From assembly GCA_951406725.2 (NCBI GenBank), contig OX597831.1, forward strand, positions 2,852,001 to 2,916,000: a DNA stretch of 64,000 nt, given 5' to 3'. Within the stretch, counting starts at the first letter, position 1; each line of letters opens with the position of its first letter. Origin of the DNA: Octopus vulgaris (Eukaryota). Both the position numbers and the translations under genes were made by a program. The notes below the pieces were generated by a model. That model had not been told where the DNA came from. It was given only the letters and a program-made list of their open reading frames with translations, and made no database searches. Positions 1 through 13,639 of the stretch are shown piece by piece.

Positions 1-328
1 ATTTAACAGTTTCAGAGTTGTGTGTATCATCTATGTGATAGACATGAAATGGAATGGAAAAAAAGCAAAAGTTCTCCCATACAAAACAGACAGGGTAAAT
101 ACCTTATTTATTCCAGAACTATGCATAGTTTAAACAATTCTTTTTTTTGTTTCATCAGCTGGACTACAAAGAGAAGAATAAGTTAGCCAGCTTGCTTTAT
201 ATGTGTGTGTGTATGTGTTTGTATGTAGGTGTGTGTGTGTGTGCCTGCATACATATATAGACATATGCATGAATATATGGAACCAATGGACATGTTTTGC
301 CATAGGCAGTGTCTCATCTAATGTTTAA

Positions 329-549
329 CCCTTTAGTGTTCAGAATACTCTGTTGAATTTAATACTTTTTCATTCAAATTGTTTTGAATTAATCATGCAT
401 TATCTTATAGCTTTGAGGTTTCAATGTTGTGATTGTTAATTTTCAGAATGGCATTGTAGGTTAGGAGTGAGAGGCTAGATATCGTCAGTTTGAATATAAA
501 ACATGTAGAATATACTGGGCCGGATTTGGCCGGTTTAAAGACTAAAGGG
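329..549. mobile_element. piggyBac-type MITE (221 bp)
   Basis: TTAA at 325-328 and 550-553; TIR CCCTTTAGT...ACTAAAGGG. Confidence 0.85.
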
Positions 550-942
550 TTAATGTCTAAATACTCTCTGTTTTATGCTGCTGCCATCATCTTTGTTCAT
601 TAACCGATAATTTTATTCAATGTTTAGAAGTATCCAAGAAGTATTTTACTCAAAATTCTTGCTAGGTTTAAGTGTGGATGAGTGGCAAGAAGTTTGCATC
701 CCGACCACAAGGTTCCACATTCAGTTCCATTGCATTCAGTTCCATTCCGGGTTCAGTTCCATTAGGCTACTGTTTTTTGCTGTAGCCCCTATTGCTCCCA
801 GGCCAAACGAAGCCTTGTAAGTGGATTTAGTTGACAGAAACTGAAAGAAGCTCAACACACACACACACACACATAAATCTTTTACTTGTTTCAGTCATTT
901 GACTGTGGCCATGCTGGGGCAGTGCTTTGAATACCTTTAACC

Positions 943-1283
943 TCTTTTATCTTTTACTTGTTTCAGTCATCAGACTGGGCCATGCTGCAGCACCACTTTG
1001 AAGAATTTTAGTTGAATGAATCGACCCTAGTCCTTATTTTCATTTTAAACCTGGTATTTATTCAATCGGTCTCTTTTTGCCAAACCGCTAAGTTACAAGG
1101 ACAGAAACGCACCAATACCAGTTGTAAAGCAGTGTTGGGGGACAAACACACACACACATATGACAGGCTTCTTTCATTTTCTGTCTACGAAATCCACTCA
1201 CAAGGCTTTGGTCGGCCCTAAACACTATAGTAGAAGACATTTGCCCATGGTGCCACACAATGGGACTGAACCCAAAACCATGT
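943..1283 (-). mobile_element. tRNA-derived SINE family A
   Basis: Reverse complement of the family A consensus (tail ...ATGACTGAAACAAGTAAAAGA). Confidence 0.75.
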
Positions 1284-1482
1284 GTTACCTATATGCTTAT
1301 ATCTCTATGCGTTTGTCTTTGTGGTTGTGGTTGTGTTTGTGCCTTACTATTGCTAGACAACCAGTGTTGGTTTGTTTACATCCCTGTAACTTAGCAGTTT
1401 GCTAAAAAGAGACTGACAGAATAAATAACATGCTTTTATAAAACCAAGTATTGGAGTTAGTTTGTTCAGTCAAGTCATTTAA

Positions 1483-1703
1483 CCCTTTAGTATTTAAACC
1501 GGCCATATCAGGCCAAAAGTATTCTGCCTGTTTTATGTGCAAACTGGCCAGATCTGGTCTCTCACACCAATCCTACAATATCGTTTTAGAAATTAACAGC
1601 TTCCTCATCAAAATCTCATCGCTACAAGATAATGCATGATTAGTTCAAAACAGTATGGATGAAAAAGCATAAATTTGGGCAGAATAATGCGAACACTAAA
1701 GGG
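1483..1703. mobile_element. piggyBac-type MITE (221 bp), inverted relative to 329-549, inserted in a SINE tail
   Basis: TTAA at 1479-1482 and 1704-1707; same TIRs. The left end is the reverse complement of the right end of 329-549. Confidence 0.85.
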
Positions 1704-2262
1704 TTAAGGTGGTGCTCCAGTGTGGCCACAGTCCAAAGACTGAAAGAAGAAAAGGATAAAAGATAAGACACTTCAAGGAAAATCAATTATCTGTATAAGT
1801 CATTGTTACAAGCAACAACAGCAGCAGCAACAACAAAACCCTCCAGAAAAAAGATGTAGTTACAAAAGAAACCATGAAACCTAGAGATTGTAAACAGCAG
1901 TGCATTGACAAAGTTGTTTGTATTGAATTAAAATGGCCTTGTGGTATGTGTTCCAATTCTCTGTGCTTGTAGTTCAAAGTTCAAATCCTGCCAAGGTCAG
2001 CTATGCCTTTCATTCTTTTCAACCTTCTATGATCAATACATAAAGTGCCAGTCTGCTACTGGGATGGAATTTTCGCTTTCTCTCAGTAAGAAGTTAGTTG
2101 TGTTCAGAGTTGGGAAGGGATAGGTCCCACCAGGTTTCAAAAATGCCTGAAACAAACTGTGTGTTATAGTAGCACTAAAGACGCCATTTCGAGTTGAGTG
2201 CCCAAATAAGGATGGTTTCTGAGAACAAGCTTAAAAGTACAGGAAAAATTAATTAATAGTTT

Positions 2263-3132
2263 CTCTTTTACTCTTTTACTTGTTTCAGTTATTTGACTGT
2301 GGCCATACTGAAGCACCGCCTTTAGTCAAGCAAATCGACCCCAGGACTTATTCTTTGTAAGCCTAGTACTTATTCTGTTGGTCTCTTCTACCGAACTGCT
2401 ACGTTACGGGGACGTAAACACACCACCATCAGTTGTCAAGCGATGTTGGGGGAACAAACACAGACACACAAACATGTACGCATACATACATATATATACA
2501 CATATATACAACAGGCTTCTTTCAGTTTCTGTCTAACAAATCCACTCACAAGGCTTTGGTCGGCCCGAGGCTATAGCAGAAGACACTTGGCCAAGGTGCC
2601 ACGCAGTGGGACTGAACCCGGAACCATGTGGTAAGCCATGTTTTTTTTCTTGGTTTACAAATCCAAATAAATAATGAGTTCATAGATATTTTCTTTCTTT
2701 TGTTCTTTTACATATTTCAGTCATTTGACTATGGCCATGCTGGAGCACCACCTTAGAGGGTTTTAGTCAAAGAAATCTATCCCAGGACTTATTCTTTGTA
2801 AGCGTAGTACTTATTCTATCAGTCTCTTTTGCTGAGCTGCTAATTTACAGGGACGTAAACACACCAACATAAGTTGCCAAGCGATAGTGGTGAGGACAAA
2901 TGCAAACACAAAGATATACATGTAAGTAGCTTGCTTACCAATCTCATGGTTCTGGGTTCAGTCCCACTGTGTGGCGTCTTGGCTTCTTTCAGTTTCCATC
3001 TACCAAATTCACTCACAAGGCTTTGGTAGGCCCGAGGCTATAGTAGAAGACACTTGCCCATGGTGTCACATAGTGGGATTGAACCCAGAACCATGTGGTT
3101 GGTAGACAAGCTACTTACCGCACAGCCACTCC
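2263..3132 (-). mobile_element. Two tandem SINE family A copies (2263-2636 and ~2700-3132)
   Basis: Each carries the tail, body and B-box head in reverse. The second contains an inverted head fragment at ~2922-2981. Confidence 0.8.
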
Positions 3133-3259
3133 TATATATATATACTTTTATTCCTTTACTGGTTTCAGCCAGAGGCTGGGGCCATGCTGGAGCACTGCCT
3201 TTCTATATATACAATGGACTCTCCTGTCAGTTTCAACATATGAGGATCTGACAACCTAC

Positions 3260-3890
3260 AATTTCTTTGTCAGTCATAATAATGCTTATGTCACATGTGA
3301 TATTTGAGTCCCAACAATGATTTGCAAAGAAGCCTGCAGATGTTGCAAGTATGAGAATTACAGGTCAGTGCTGGTGGTATATTTGCAACCACTTTTCTCC
3401 TTTGCCTTGCACCTCTAAGCCTGTTAATGCCAGCTGAAACAAAGTCCCATATACTATTTTGAGATGGCAGTTTCTGTTTTATTCACTCCAAGGCAGCTTG
3501 CTCAAAGATGTTCATCATCATCATCATCATCATCGTTTAACGTCCGTTTTCCATGCTAGCACGGGTTGGATGGTTCGACTGGGGTCTGGGAAGCCAGGGG
3601 CTGCACCAGGCTCCAGTCTGATCTGGCAGTGTTTCTACAGCTGGATGCCCTTCCTAATGCCAACCACTCTGCGAGTGTAGTGGGTGCTTTTTACATGCCA
3701 CCGGCACAGGTGCCAGGGGAGTCTGGCATCGGCCACGATCGGTTGGTGCTTTTAACGTGCCACCGGCATGGAAGCTAGTCGAGGCGGCGCTGGCTGCACT
3801 AATAATATTAACTGCCAAGAGGTTACTCTTCAGCTTATCCTTATAACTGAGCCATGTTTGACCAATATTCCTGTGCTGGCTATCATTTAC
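3260..3890 (-). pseudogene. RTE-type LINE C-terminal remnant
   Basis: RNIGQTWLSYKDKLKSNL and ARQRRK...CNICRLLCKSLLGLKYHM*HKH (C2H2 tail). Interrupted by the element at 3512-3800. Confidence 0.6.
3512..3800 (-). mobile_element. Short retroposon family D with a (GAT)n tail
   Basis: Shares catcatc.tttaacgtccg...ggatgcccttcctaa...gccaccgg.acaggtgcc with 50534-50985. Confidence 0.6.
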
Positions 3891-4026
3891 ATATGATGGG
3901 TTTCCATACAGTTTCCATCAACCAAATTCATTCACAAGGCTTTGGTCACCATGGGGCTATAGCAGAAGACATTTGCTCAAAGTGCTGTGCTGTGGGACTT
4001 GACCCCAAAACATATCGTGGTAATGA

Positions 4027-4250
4027 CTGGCAGAAACATTAGCACGCTGGGCGAAATTCTTAGCTGTATTTCGTGTGCTGTTACGTTCTGAGTTCAAATT
4101 CTGCCGAGGTCGACTTTGCTTTTCATCCTTTTGGGGTCGATAAATTAAGAACCAGTTACGCACGGGAGTCAATGTAATCGACTTAATCCCTTTGTCTGTC
4201 CTTGTTTGTCCTCTCTGTGTTTAGCCCCTTGTGGGTAGTGAAGAAATAGG
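4027..4250 (+). mobile_element. SINE family B
   Basis: CTGGCAGAAAC..GAGTTCAAAT..GAGGTCGACTTTGC.TTTCATCCTTT.GGGGTCGATAAATTAAG central domain. Confidence 0.8.
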
Positions 4251-4362
4251 TAATGTGAGTTTCTTAATCATGAAAATGTGAAAGACAGGCTAAAGAAATG
4301 AAACTTTAAACACATGTTCAGTTCACAACTGGCTCCACTCTTGTCATAGAATGAAAACGTTA

Positions 4363-4680
4363 GGAGCGCTCCGTCGGTTACGACGACGAGGGTCCCAGCT
4401 GATACGATCAACGGAACAGCCTGCTCATGAAATTAACGTGAGTGACTGAGCAATCCACAGACACACCCTTAATGTAGTTCTCAGGGAGATTCAGCGTGAC
4501 ACAAAATGTGACAAGGCCGGCCCTTTGAAATACAGGTACAAATCATCTTTGCCAGCTGAGTGAACTAGGGCAACGTGAAATAAAGTGTCTTGCTCAAGGA
4601 CTCAACGCGTCGCCGGGAATCGAACTCACGACCTTACAATCGCGAGCCGAATGCCCTAACCACTAAGCCAAGCGCCTTCA
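4363..4680 (-). mobile_element. tRNA-derived SINE family C (head H1 + tail T1)
   Basis: tRNA-like head, GTCCTTGAGCAAGACAC segment, tail ...GTAACCGACGGAG. Near-perfect TSD ATG(A/G)AAACGTTA. Confidence 0.85.
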
Positions 4681-4936
4681 TATGGAAACGTTAATGGTTG
4701 GCACAAAAGCAGGAATTGAAACATTGCTGCCAAAGTTATTGTGTAGCACCATTTTTAGACAAAAATACATGGTTCTTTTAAAACTCAGTGTGCTTGGCTG
4801 ATATACAGGTTCCATTTCTACTTCACTATTGAATTATGCAAATGTTTTAAATTTGCAAAAACCATCCCACCATGTTGTAAAACAGAAATAATGGAATTTA
4901 AAGATAAAACAGTTAAAAAGAGAAAAAAATGTGTAT

Positions 4937-5007
<71 letters not shown>

Positions 5008-5957
5008 CGTGAATTTTTAGAAAGGGGTGATAAATAGCATGAGAGGAAAGGTGAGATAGAGGGGAGACAGAAAAGAGAGAAAGAGGGGAGAGTAATGGAG
5101 AGAGAAAAAAAATGATAGATGGGGGGGGGGGAGAAAAATACAGAAAGAGCCAACAAAGAGAAAAGAGAATTTGAGAGAGAGAGAAAGAGAACAAGAGAAA
5201 GAGAGAGGGGGTCGAGTGCCACCACCACCACCACCACCACCAACAACAACAACAGCAACATCAAATTAACATTGCCATCATCACCCTCACCACTACCACT
5301 AACCATTACACATACACATGCACCAATAAAGGAGATTTCTAGATGGTCACACGAGCAGCTAGGAATAGCAGTCAAATCACAACGTGTACCGTATTATACC
5401 AGCAACACCGCCTCCACCCCCACTACTGATGTCTCTCTCTGCACTAGAAGAGTACACTAGCACTACAGTCACCCCACCCCCTCTACCAATGCTACAACCT
5501 ATACCACCACCACCCCCATTAATACCTCTTTGCTGCACTACAATAGTACATCAACTGTACAGTTGTTACTATTTTCACCACTGCCACCACTAAATACTAC
5601 CACCAACACTGTTATCAACATTCACTTCTACAGCCACTACCACCGACACTACTACCGACACTAACGCCAACGTTACCATTCACACAACGACCAACCTCAG
5701 GACTACCACTAAAACTATCGCCAATACTGCCACAAAAACTGTAACCAGCACCAGTGCTACTAATACCTGTTCTACCATCAACACTACTACAACTACCAAC
5801 GCCAATACTACAACCACAAGAACCTCTGCTACCACAGCAATAGTAATACCAACACCAATACTACAACTAATATCGCTATTAGTACCAACACTAATACTAG
5901 TACCAGTACCATTACTATCGCTACTAGCGCCAATACTGTTACCACTGTGAACCAACT

Positions 5958-6330
5958 AGGCTCGACCTGCTAGAAATAGCAGTCAAATACTCTACCGTCT
6001 CAAAAGAAACAATGGATAATGTAATGTTAGAAACGCTGTCTGGGGAAAATAAGACTGTTTGGTCATGGATGGAACACTTTTGATCACAAGTTCGGCGGTA
6101 TCAAGTCTGATCTAGGGTTTAAACGAGTTCTTTTACCACCACCACTAAGTCGCTCGACTTCTTTAGAAAATAACAGTTAAGTGTCTCTCGTATCCAACTT
6201 ATATGCATTCTTGTCTTAAAAAATGGGAAAGGACAAACTTAATAATGTAGTCCCAGATACACTGTGTCCGAATGAAAGAAACGAGATGGTTCACAGCTTT
6301 CGATCAAGAACTGATCCGAGGCTGAACAAT
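5958..6330 (+). repeat. Two copies of dispersed repeat family E (others near 18680-18835, 30025-30135, 31590-31640, 34245-34460, 36255-36730)
   Basis: Shared tcgacctgctagaaatagcag.caaat...gataatgtag...atggtca.gg.tggaa..cttttgatc...ggggctaaacaacaac segments. Confidence 0.55.
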
Positions 6331-6629
6331 AACGAAGCCGCCGCCGCCGCTACCACCACCACCACCACAATCGCCACCGCTGCCACCACCGCCAACATCA
6401 CCACCATCGCCACCGCTTCCACCATCACCACCACCACCACCGTCGCCGCCACCATGTACTACAAGACCATCACCACCAATTAATACACCACCGTACTGAT
6501 ATGATACTTTTTTAAAGTCAGTTGCCCTTGCCTTACGGGACAAATCTAGAACTGAACACCCCCAGCCTGTCTCCAACCTCCAACCTCCAGCCTCCACACA
6601 CACACACACACACACACATACACACATAC

Positions 6630-6913
6630 TTAATTTACTCCCTCCTCCTTCGCCCTTCTCTTCACCCCCCCTTCCTTCCTTTCATTTATTATTTATTTAT
6701 TTATCCATTTATTTTCCACCCCGTGAACGTCAGGCAAGTCAGTGCGTACCTTGATTTGTGTCCCTTGTTGACCCCGTTTCCTCAAACCTTACTTCCTTTG
6801 TCGGGGTCCCCGTCTCCACTTATTAAATTCATCTTATTTTCGTTGTTTTGATGGGTATGTGGAAAAAAACCCCATTCATCCATCCATCTATCTATCTATC
6901 TATCTATCTATCC

Positions 6914-6984
<71 letters not shown>

Positions 6985-7147
6985 CTTCTATCTACATATC
7001 TATCTATCTATATCTTTTAGTGTATCTACTCATCTATCTATGTCTATCTATCCCACTTTTCTCTCTCAATTTCTACTTTTTAAAAAGGGTATCCACACCC
7101 TTACTAATAATTTTACTTATTTTAATATTTTTTCCTTTCTCTCACAC

Positions 7148-7178
<31 letters not shown>

Positions 7179-7566
7179 ATTAACTCTATCATTTCTTCTC
7201 TCCCTCTCACACATCCTCCTTATTTCTCTTGCCCCTTTTCACAACACTAGTACTGACTCCTTTCATCTCTTCTAATCTTCGCCCCGTTTCACTTTCTTCT
7301 CTTGTACTCCTATATACTTCAACTCTGTGCCTCTTTTTATTTTATATCTTCTCTATCACTAATTTTCTCTTCCGCTTTCTCTTTCATATATATCACAAGA
7401 TTTCCCTTTTATCTTTCTCTTTCCTTTTTTTTTTATATACTCATTCCTCCCTTTTTCTATTTGCTCTCAACTTCCTCTGCGTACATTTCTAACTCTCATT
7501 TGAGCTTTTCCTCAACTTTCTCCAGTCTCTTTCTTTCCCTTTTAACACCATATCACTTGCTATCCT

Positions 7567-7647
<81 letters not shown>

Positions 7648-7656
7648 CATCCATCC

Positions 7657-7740
<84 letters not shown>

Positions 7741-9956
7741 ATCTATCTACTAGTAGATAGATAAATAGATATCTCTGCTTTCTCCTATCTATTTATCAGC
7801 CTTTCTCTCTCTCTCTCTCTCTCTATCTCTCTCCACATATCTCCTTCCCACACACTTTCATCTCTGTTTGTTCTCTGTCTTTCATTTATCTTGCTTTTCT
7901 TTCTCTTCTACCGCCTTTGTGTGTGTGTGTGTGTCTCTCACTCTCTCTCTCTTCTCTTTCAGCCTTTCTGCCTCTCTCTCTCTCTATTTCTACTCCATCT
8001 CCTGTTTCCGCTGAATTGTGTGTGTGCGTGCGTGTGCGTATGTGTGTGTGTGTGTGCTTGCGTGTGCGTGTGCGTTTGCATGTGTGTGTGTGTGAACTTC
8101 CTAGTATTTACATGTGTATACAGCGTTTCCAATCTACACTTCACCCCTCTTTCCTTCTCTTTCTCTACTTTCACGTACACTCCCACCTCACTCTCACCAA
8201 CACACATTCTCACGTGCAGTCTCCCTTCCCTTAGTTTTTCTCTATCCTCTTTCCTCTTCCCATTCCTCATTCATATATATAGCTACGCATACTTTTCCTC
8301 CCCCTCACTGTACACTCCTTTCTTGCCATTGTTCCTTCCCCTTACACACACACACAGATACAGACACACACACACACACGGAGTCTATTCTTCTCCCTTC
8401 CTCCATCACATTCTTACTCTCTTTCTCTTTCTAACACTTCTCGTTTTCTATTATATACATTACACCATTTTTTCCCCCCTTTTATCTTATCCGTTTACTA
8501 AACAGTCTCTCTCTTTTCTATGTTTTCCCTTCTTCGCACTCTGAAAATATTCAATAAAGAGAGAGGCAAAGAGCGAGAGAGATAGAGAGAGAGAGAGAGA
8601 GAATGGCCGAGAGAGAAGGAGAGGAAGAGAGAGAGAGACATAGATATATAGACAGATACGTAGAAAAGAGGACAAAGGAGGAAAAAGAGTCCGAGAAAGA
8701 AAACGATCAGTGAAAAGACAAAGGAAAAAGCAGAGACAGGAGAAACACTTCTCCTTCTCCCCTCTCTCTCTCTCTACGTTTACATATTAATGCGTGTGTG
8801 TGTGTGTGTGCGTACTGTGTGCATCCGTGTGTGTGTGTGCGTATGCCTATTTTAAACGTGTTTGCAAGTATGCGTTATGCGTGTGTGTGTGTGTGTCCGT
8901 CTCTATAAGACTAACTCCCACTCACACCATCTCTTTGTTATATACTTCTCCTCCTTCCATTCTCGTCTCTCGTTTCCTCTATTTCATTCAATTCTCTTTT
9001 CCTTCTTCTCCCATATTTCCTTCCATCTCGATTTCATTCTATATATCCTTTCGGTAAAAGATCAAAGTGTCGTACTTAAGTCACCACCCTTTCCCCTCCT
9101 CCCATCTCTTTCAATTTTTTTCTTACGGTGTGTATCTCCACTGATCCCCCTTCTCTTCTCTTATTCATTTCCTTTACTTCATTCATTCCGCCTCATTCAC
9201 CATTCCTTCAGCTTTCTTCTCGGTTTATCTGTCCCTTTTTCGTTCTCCTATTTTCATTTCTTTCTATGCCTCCCCTTCTCTTTTCTTTATTTCCCCCTTT
9301 CTTTCTCTCTCTCTCTCTCTCTCTCTTATTTTTCATTCTCATTCAGCCTCATATATTCATTCTTATTCTCTTTCTTTTCATTCCACTCCACATCCCTTAT
9401 TTTTTCTCCTTATTTCATTCTTTCCGTACTATCCATTCAATACAATCGTTTCATTTTAGAGCCTTCTTTCTACTTCACTCTTACTTCTCCCCCTACGCCT
9501 TATATTCATTCAATTTCCTTCTTAGTTTCATTCTTGATTTTACTGACTTAATTTCATTTAATATTTCATTCTTCTCCACCTTTTCTCGCCTTTTATATCC
9601 CCCTTTCTCTCCCTCTTCTATTTTTTCTCCCCCACCTTTTCTCCATTTCTGTCTAATCCCCTCTCACCCCTATTTTCTCCCATCTCTTTCTTTCTATTTT
9701 CCCTCCTCTCTCATTCGTTCTCTCATCTCTCTCCCACCTCTATTTTATCTCCTCTTTCTTCCCTTTCTTTTTTGTTCCCTCACCCTTTCTACCTTCTTTT
9801 GTATCCCAGTCTTTTGCATTCACATTCATTCACTTCATTTTGTTTCTTCTTGCTCATTCATCCCCCCTCTTAGTTTCTTTATATTTTCTTCTTTTAATTT
9901 CATTCTCCCTAAAATCCTTTGACAACTTAGCTATTTCAGTATCCATACTCTTGCTT

Positions 9957-10026
<70 letters not shown>

Positions 10027-10043
10027 CATCCATCCATCCATCC

Positions 10044-10115
<72 letters not shown>

Positions 10116-13100
10116 GCCTCTATCTATCTATCTACCTCTATCTATCTATCTATCTATCTATCTACCTCTAGTTATTTCTGAAATGCTCTTTTATTATCCT
10201 CTCCTTTTACATCAAGTGCCTTTAAGTTCTCCTTTTCTCTTTCAGCTTCCCCCTTCTTTATTCTATTACTCTCTCCCACTTGTGCTCCCTCTTACTATCC
10301 TATCTTTATATATTTTCCTTTCACCAGCTTTCAACCATTTCTTTCTGTTTCCGTTTCTCTCTCGTTTCATATCCTTTTCCCTCCCCCGTCTCTATCTTTG
10401 ACTATCTAATTGACTCTACGTATTTCAGTACACATGTTTGTATATATCTATCTACCCATCTACCTTTTTTATCTTTAAATATCTCTCTTTATTCCTTTAT
10501 GTCCTAGTATTGGTATATTAGCCTTTTTTCTCGCCTCTCTATCTCTCTCTATTTTCTCTCTTCTGTCCTTTATATCTTTCTCCATTTCTCTCAATCAGAC
10601 AACTATACAACTTCCGGTTTCTCTCTAATGGCCTTTTTCACCCCTTTTCCCTTATTCTCTTACTGCATTCATTCTTTTTCTTCCCCCATTACCTCTCTCT
10701 CGCCCTCTCTTTCCCTCTCTATCCATTTTCTCTCTTTGTGTTGCTTTTATCTTTTCTTCTCGTTAATTTCTTTGTCTTTATTCTTTTTAACTTTTTTCTC
10801 TTCGCTTCTTTGACTCGTTTTCCTCTTTATCCCTCACATCCCCCTCTCTCTATATTCCATCTCTTTCTTTTGTTATTTGCTAGCCTTTCATCTTTTCCCT
10901 TCACTCCCGGACTTCTCTTCCACTTTCCTCCAAATCCAAATTCTTCATTTACATCTCACGTCCTGCAATTTTCATCTGTTTCTTATCTAATTTTCCTCTC
11001 CCTCACCATTTGGTATATCATTATATCCCCTCTTTAGTATATCTATTTTTTCCCTGATCATTTTCTCTCGGCCCCTTCCTCTCCCCTCCTTTCTATTATA
11101 ATCTATGTCCCTTTGTCTTTCCGTTTCTATTTCGGGCTATGTTCCTTTATTTTACTTCTTTCTCTTCTTTCCCTTTCTATTTTAAACTATATTCCTTTCT
11201 TCTCCTCTCCCCTATCTATTCTGAGTCTATATTCCTTTCTTTTCCTCTCCCTTTTCTATTCAGTCTATGTTCTCTTCTCTCCCTCTGTTCTCCTTTTCTC
11301 CTTTCTTTTCATATTCCCCTTACTTCTTTGTTCCTTTCTCCTTTCTCCTTTCTTTTTCAATATGGACTCCTCTTTTCCTCTAATTTCCATTCTCTTTCAC
11401 TGATCAATTATTCTATCCTATTTCCTTTTTTCCCCTTTTCATCACATCATCCCAACTCTTTTTGAATCATATCTTCTCTTCCCTTCCTTTCTCATGTTGT
11501 CTTTAATCCTATTTTCGTCTCTCTTTATGCCTTTCTTTCTCTCTGTATTCTTAATCCTTTATTCCATCCTTCTTTCTCCCTTTCACTCTTTTCATCTCTA
11601 GTTTGCTCTCATCTTTCTTCTCTGCTATTAGTTCCTTTCTATCTTCCACTCTCCGCAAATCTCTCTCTTCTCTCCCTCTCTCTTTTCTCTCCATCTCTCT
11701 CTTCTCTCTCCTCTCTCTCTCTCACGAATCCTCTATTCTAATACAAATTCTGTTATTCCATCTCTTTTATTCCTCTCTCCGTTTCCTCCTTTTTTTCTTC
11801 TCTCCCCTTAATCAGTTATTCTCTCCACCACCACCACCACCTCCGCCTCCGCCTGTCACTCGGCCTTTATCCCACTTTCCAACTTCCCCTCTCCCCTTTC
11901 ATTAGTCGTCTGCTTCTCCTCTTTCGCTCTTGTCTCTCCCTTTCTAATTCTCCCCATTCTCTTATCTAATAATTCTAAGGTTTCTTCCCTCTTTTCAGTC
12001 TTTATCTTTCATCTCTTCCCCCTCCAATTTTTTCCTTTTTTTTCTCTTCATTTCTACATCTCAAGTTTCCTCTTCCTTTCACCCATTCCTATATTCTATG
12101 CAATCCCCTTCTCCGTAATCATTTTTTAATCGTTTCTCTGTCATTTTCTCTCTCTCTCCCCTCTCTCTCTTTGTCCTTTCTTTTCTCTATCCCTGTCTCC
12201 TAATACCGTTTTAACTCCTTAATCATTTTCCCCCCTTCCTTCTATATCCATTTTGCCTCCCACTTCTCTAATTTCTACCCCCCCACTTTTTTCTCACACA
12301 GACACATCCATTCCCCTTCTCTTTATCCCATTTATTGTAAACGTCTCTTTTCCTTTCTTTTTCTTACTCTATCTTTCCCTCACATTATTAGCAAATGTCT
12401 CTCCTACCCCACCTCTAATTTCACTCCCTTCCTTTCATTCATAGCTTACTTCATTTCTCAACAATTTCCTCCTCTCTATTTCTGCCTCTCTTTTTCTTCA
12501 TAAACCTTCTCCGTACCCAAATTATCCCCCCCTTCCCCCTCTCTCTTTCTCTGCTCTTCTTTTATTCCCTCCCTCTCTCTCACTTCTAATTTCACTCCCT
12601 TCCTTTCATTCACCACTTACTTCCTTTCTCAACAATTCCCCTTTCTCTTTCTCTTTCTCTTCATACTCAACTCTCCCTCTCTCGCTCTCTCCCTCACACT
12701 CTCATATCGATCTTTTACTCTGTCTCGAACACATTTCTCTGTTCCCCTTTCATTTTTCACATAGCTTCCTTACTACATCTCCAACATCTAATATTTCTTA
12801 TTCACCTACTCTCTTTCTTTCTCTTCTATAGTCACACATGTCCCCTTCCTCTCTCTCTCTCTCTCAATTTCCATCAATCTTCCTAACATTTCTTTCTCTA
12901 AAACCTCTGTTTTAGTCCATTTTACTCATCTATCACTATCCTCTCTCTATCTGTTTTGTATCCTGCCTGCTTTTTCTTTATCGTCTCTCTCACACTCTCT
13001 TCCTCTCTCTCTCTCTCTGACACATGTTTCTGTCAATTCACATCCCACCCCCTCTTTCTTTATCACTATTTCTCATTTGCTTTCCTCTTCCTTTTTCTCT

Positions 13101-13480
13101 CTCTCTCTGATTCTTTATCCCACGTTCTTTTCCTTCTCTCTCTCCTCCTCCCTCCGTCTCACTCCTCACAAGTTTCTGTCAATTCACTTCCCCTTTCACC
13201 TCCCCCTCTCTTTGTATCACTCGTTCTCGTTTTCCTTCTTCCTCTTTCCCTCTCGCTTTACAATTTCTTTCTAGTGTATCCCCCCCTACTACGTCTCCGT
13301 TTCCTCTTTCTCACAACCCTCTCTAGCTTCTTTCATTCTATCTTTCTTCCTCATTCCCCCACTCCTTTTATTCTACCATATATTTGCTCAACACTATCTG
13401 TTTCCTCTTCCCCTACTTCTCCTCATGATCTCACTTCTAAATAACACCTCTCTGTCTTTCTCCCTCTCTCTCTCTCTATG
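6630..13480. repeat. Polypyrimidine-skewed low-complexity domain with (TCTA)n, (TC)n and (TG)n tracts
   Basis: The plus strand is overwhelmingly C/T, with G very scarce apart from (TG)n tracts and a purine flip at ~8545-8745. Confidence 0.9.
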
Positions 13481-13492
13481 TATCTATATGTA

Positions 13493-13527
<35 letters not shown>

Positions 13528-13639
13528 GTATATGCGTGTATATATTTATATATATAGGCGCGTATGTGTATATATATATATGTATTACTATCACAACTGT
13601 CAAATCATCCTTTACTTTCTTGTAAATATTAACCTTCGA

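Noticed and set aside
138-190. Possible micro-exon after a polypyrimidine tract and CAG
   Set aside because: Weak donor site, no partner exons and no recognisable peptide.
4836-4843. Octamer motif ATGCAAAT
   Set aside because: A single 8-mer is expected by chance in 64 kb of AT-rich DNA, and no snRNA gene lies nearby.
6848-13444. Many long Leu/Ser/Phe-rich ORFs resembling membrane proteins
   Set aside because: Artefacts of C/T-only sequence, which lacks stop codons; no domain motifs.
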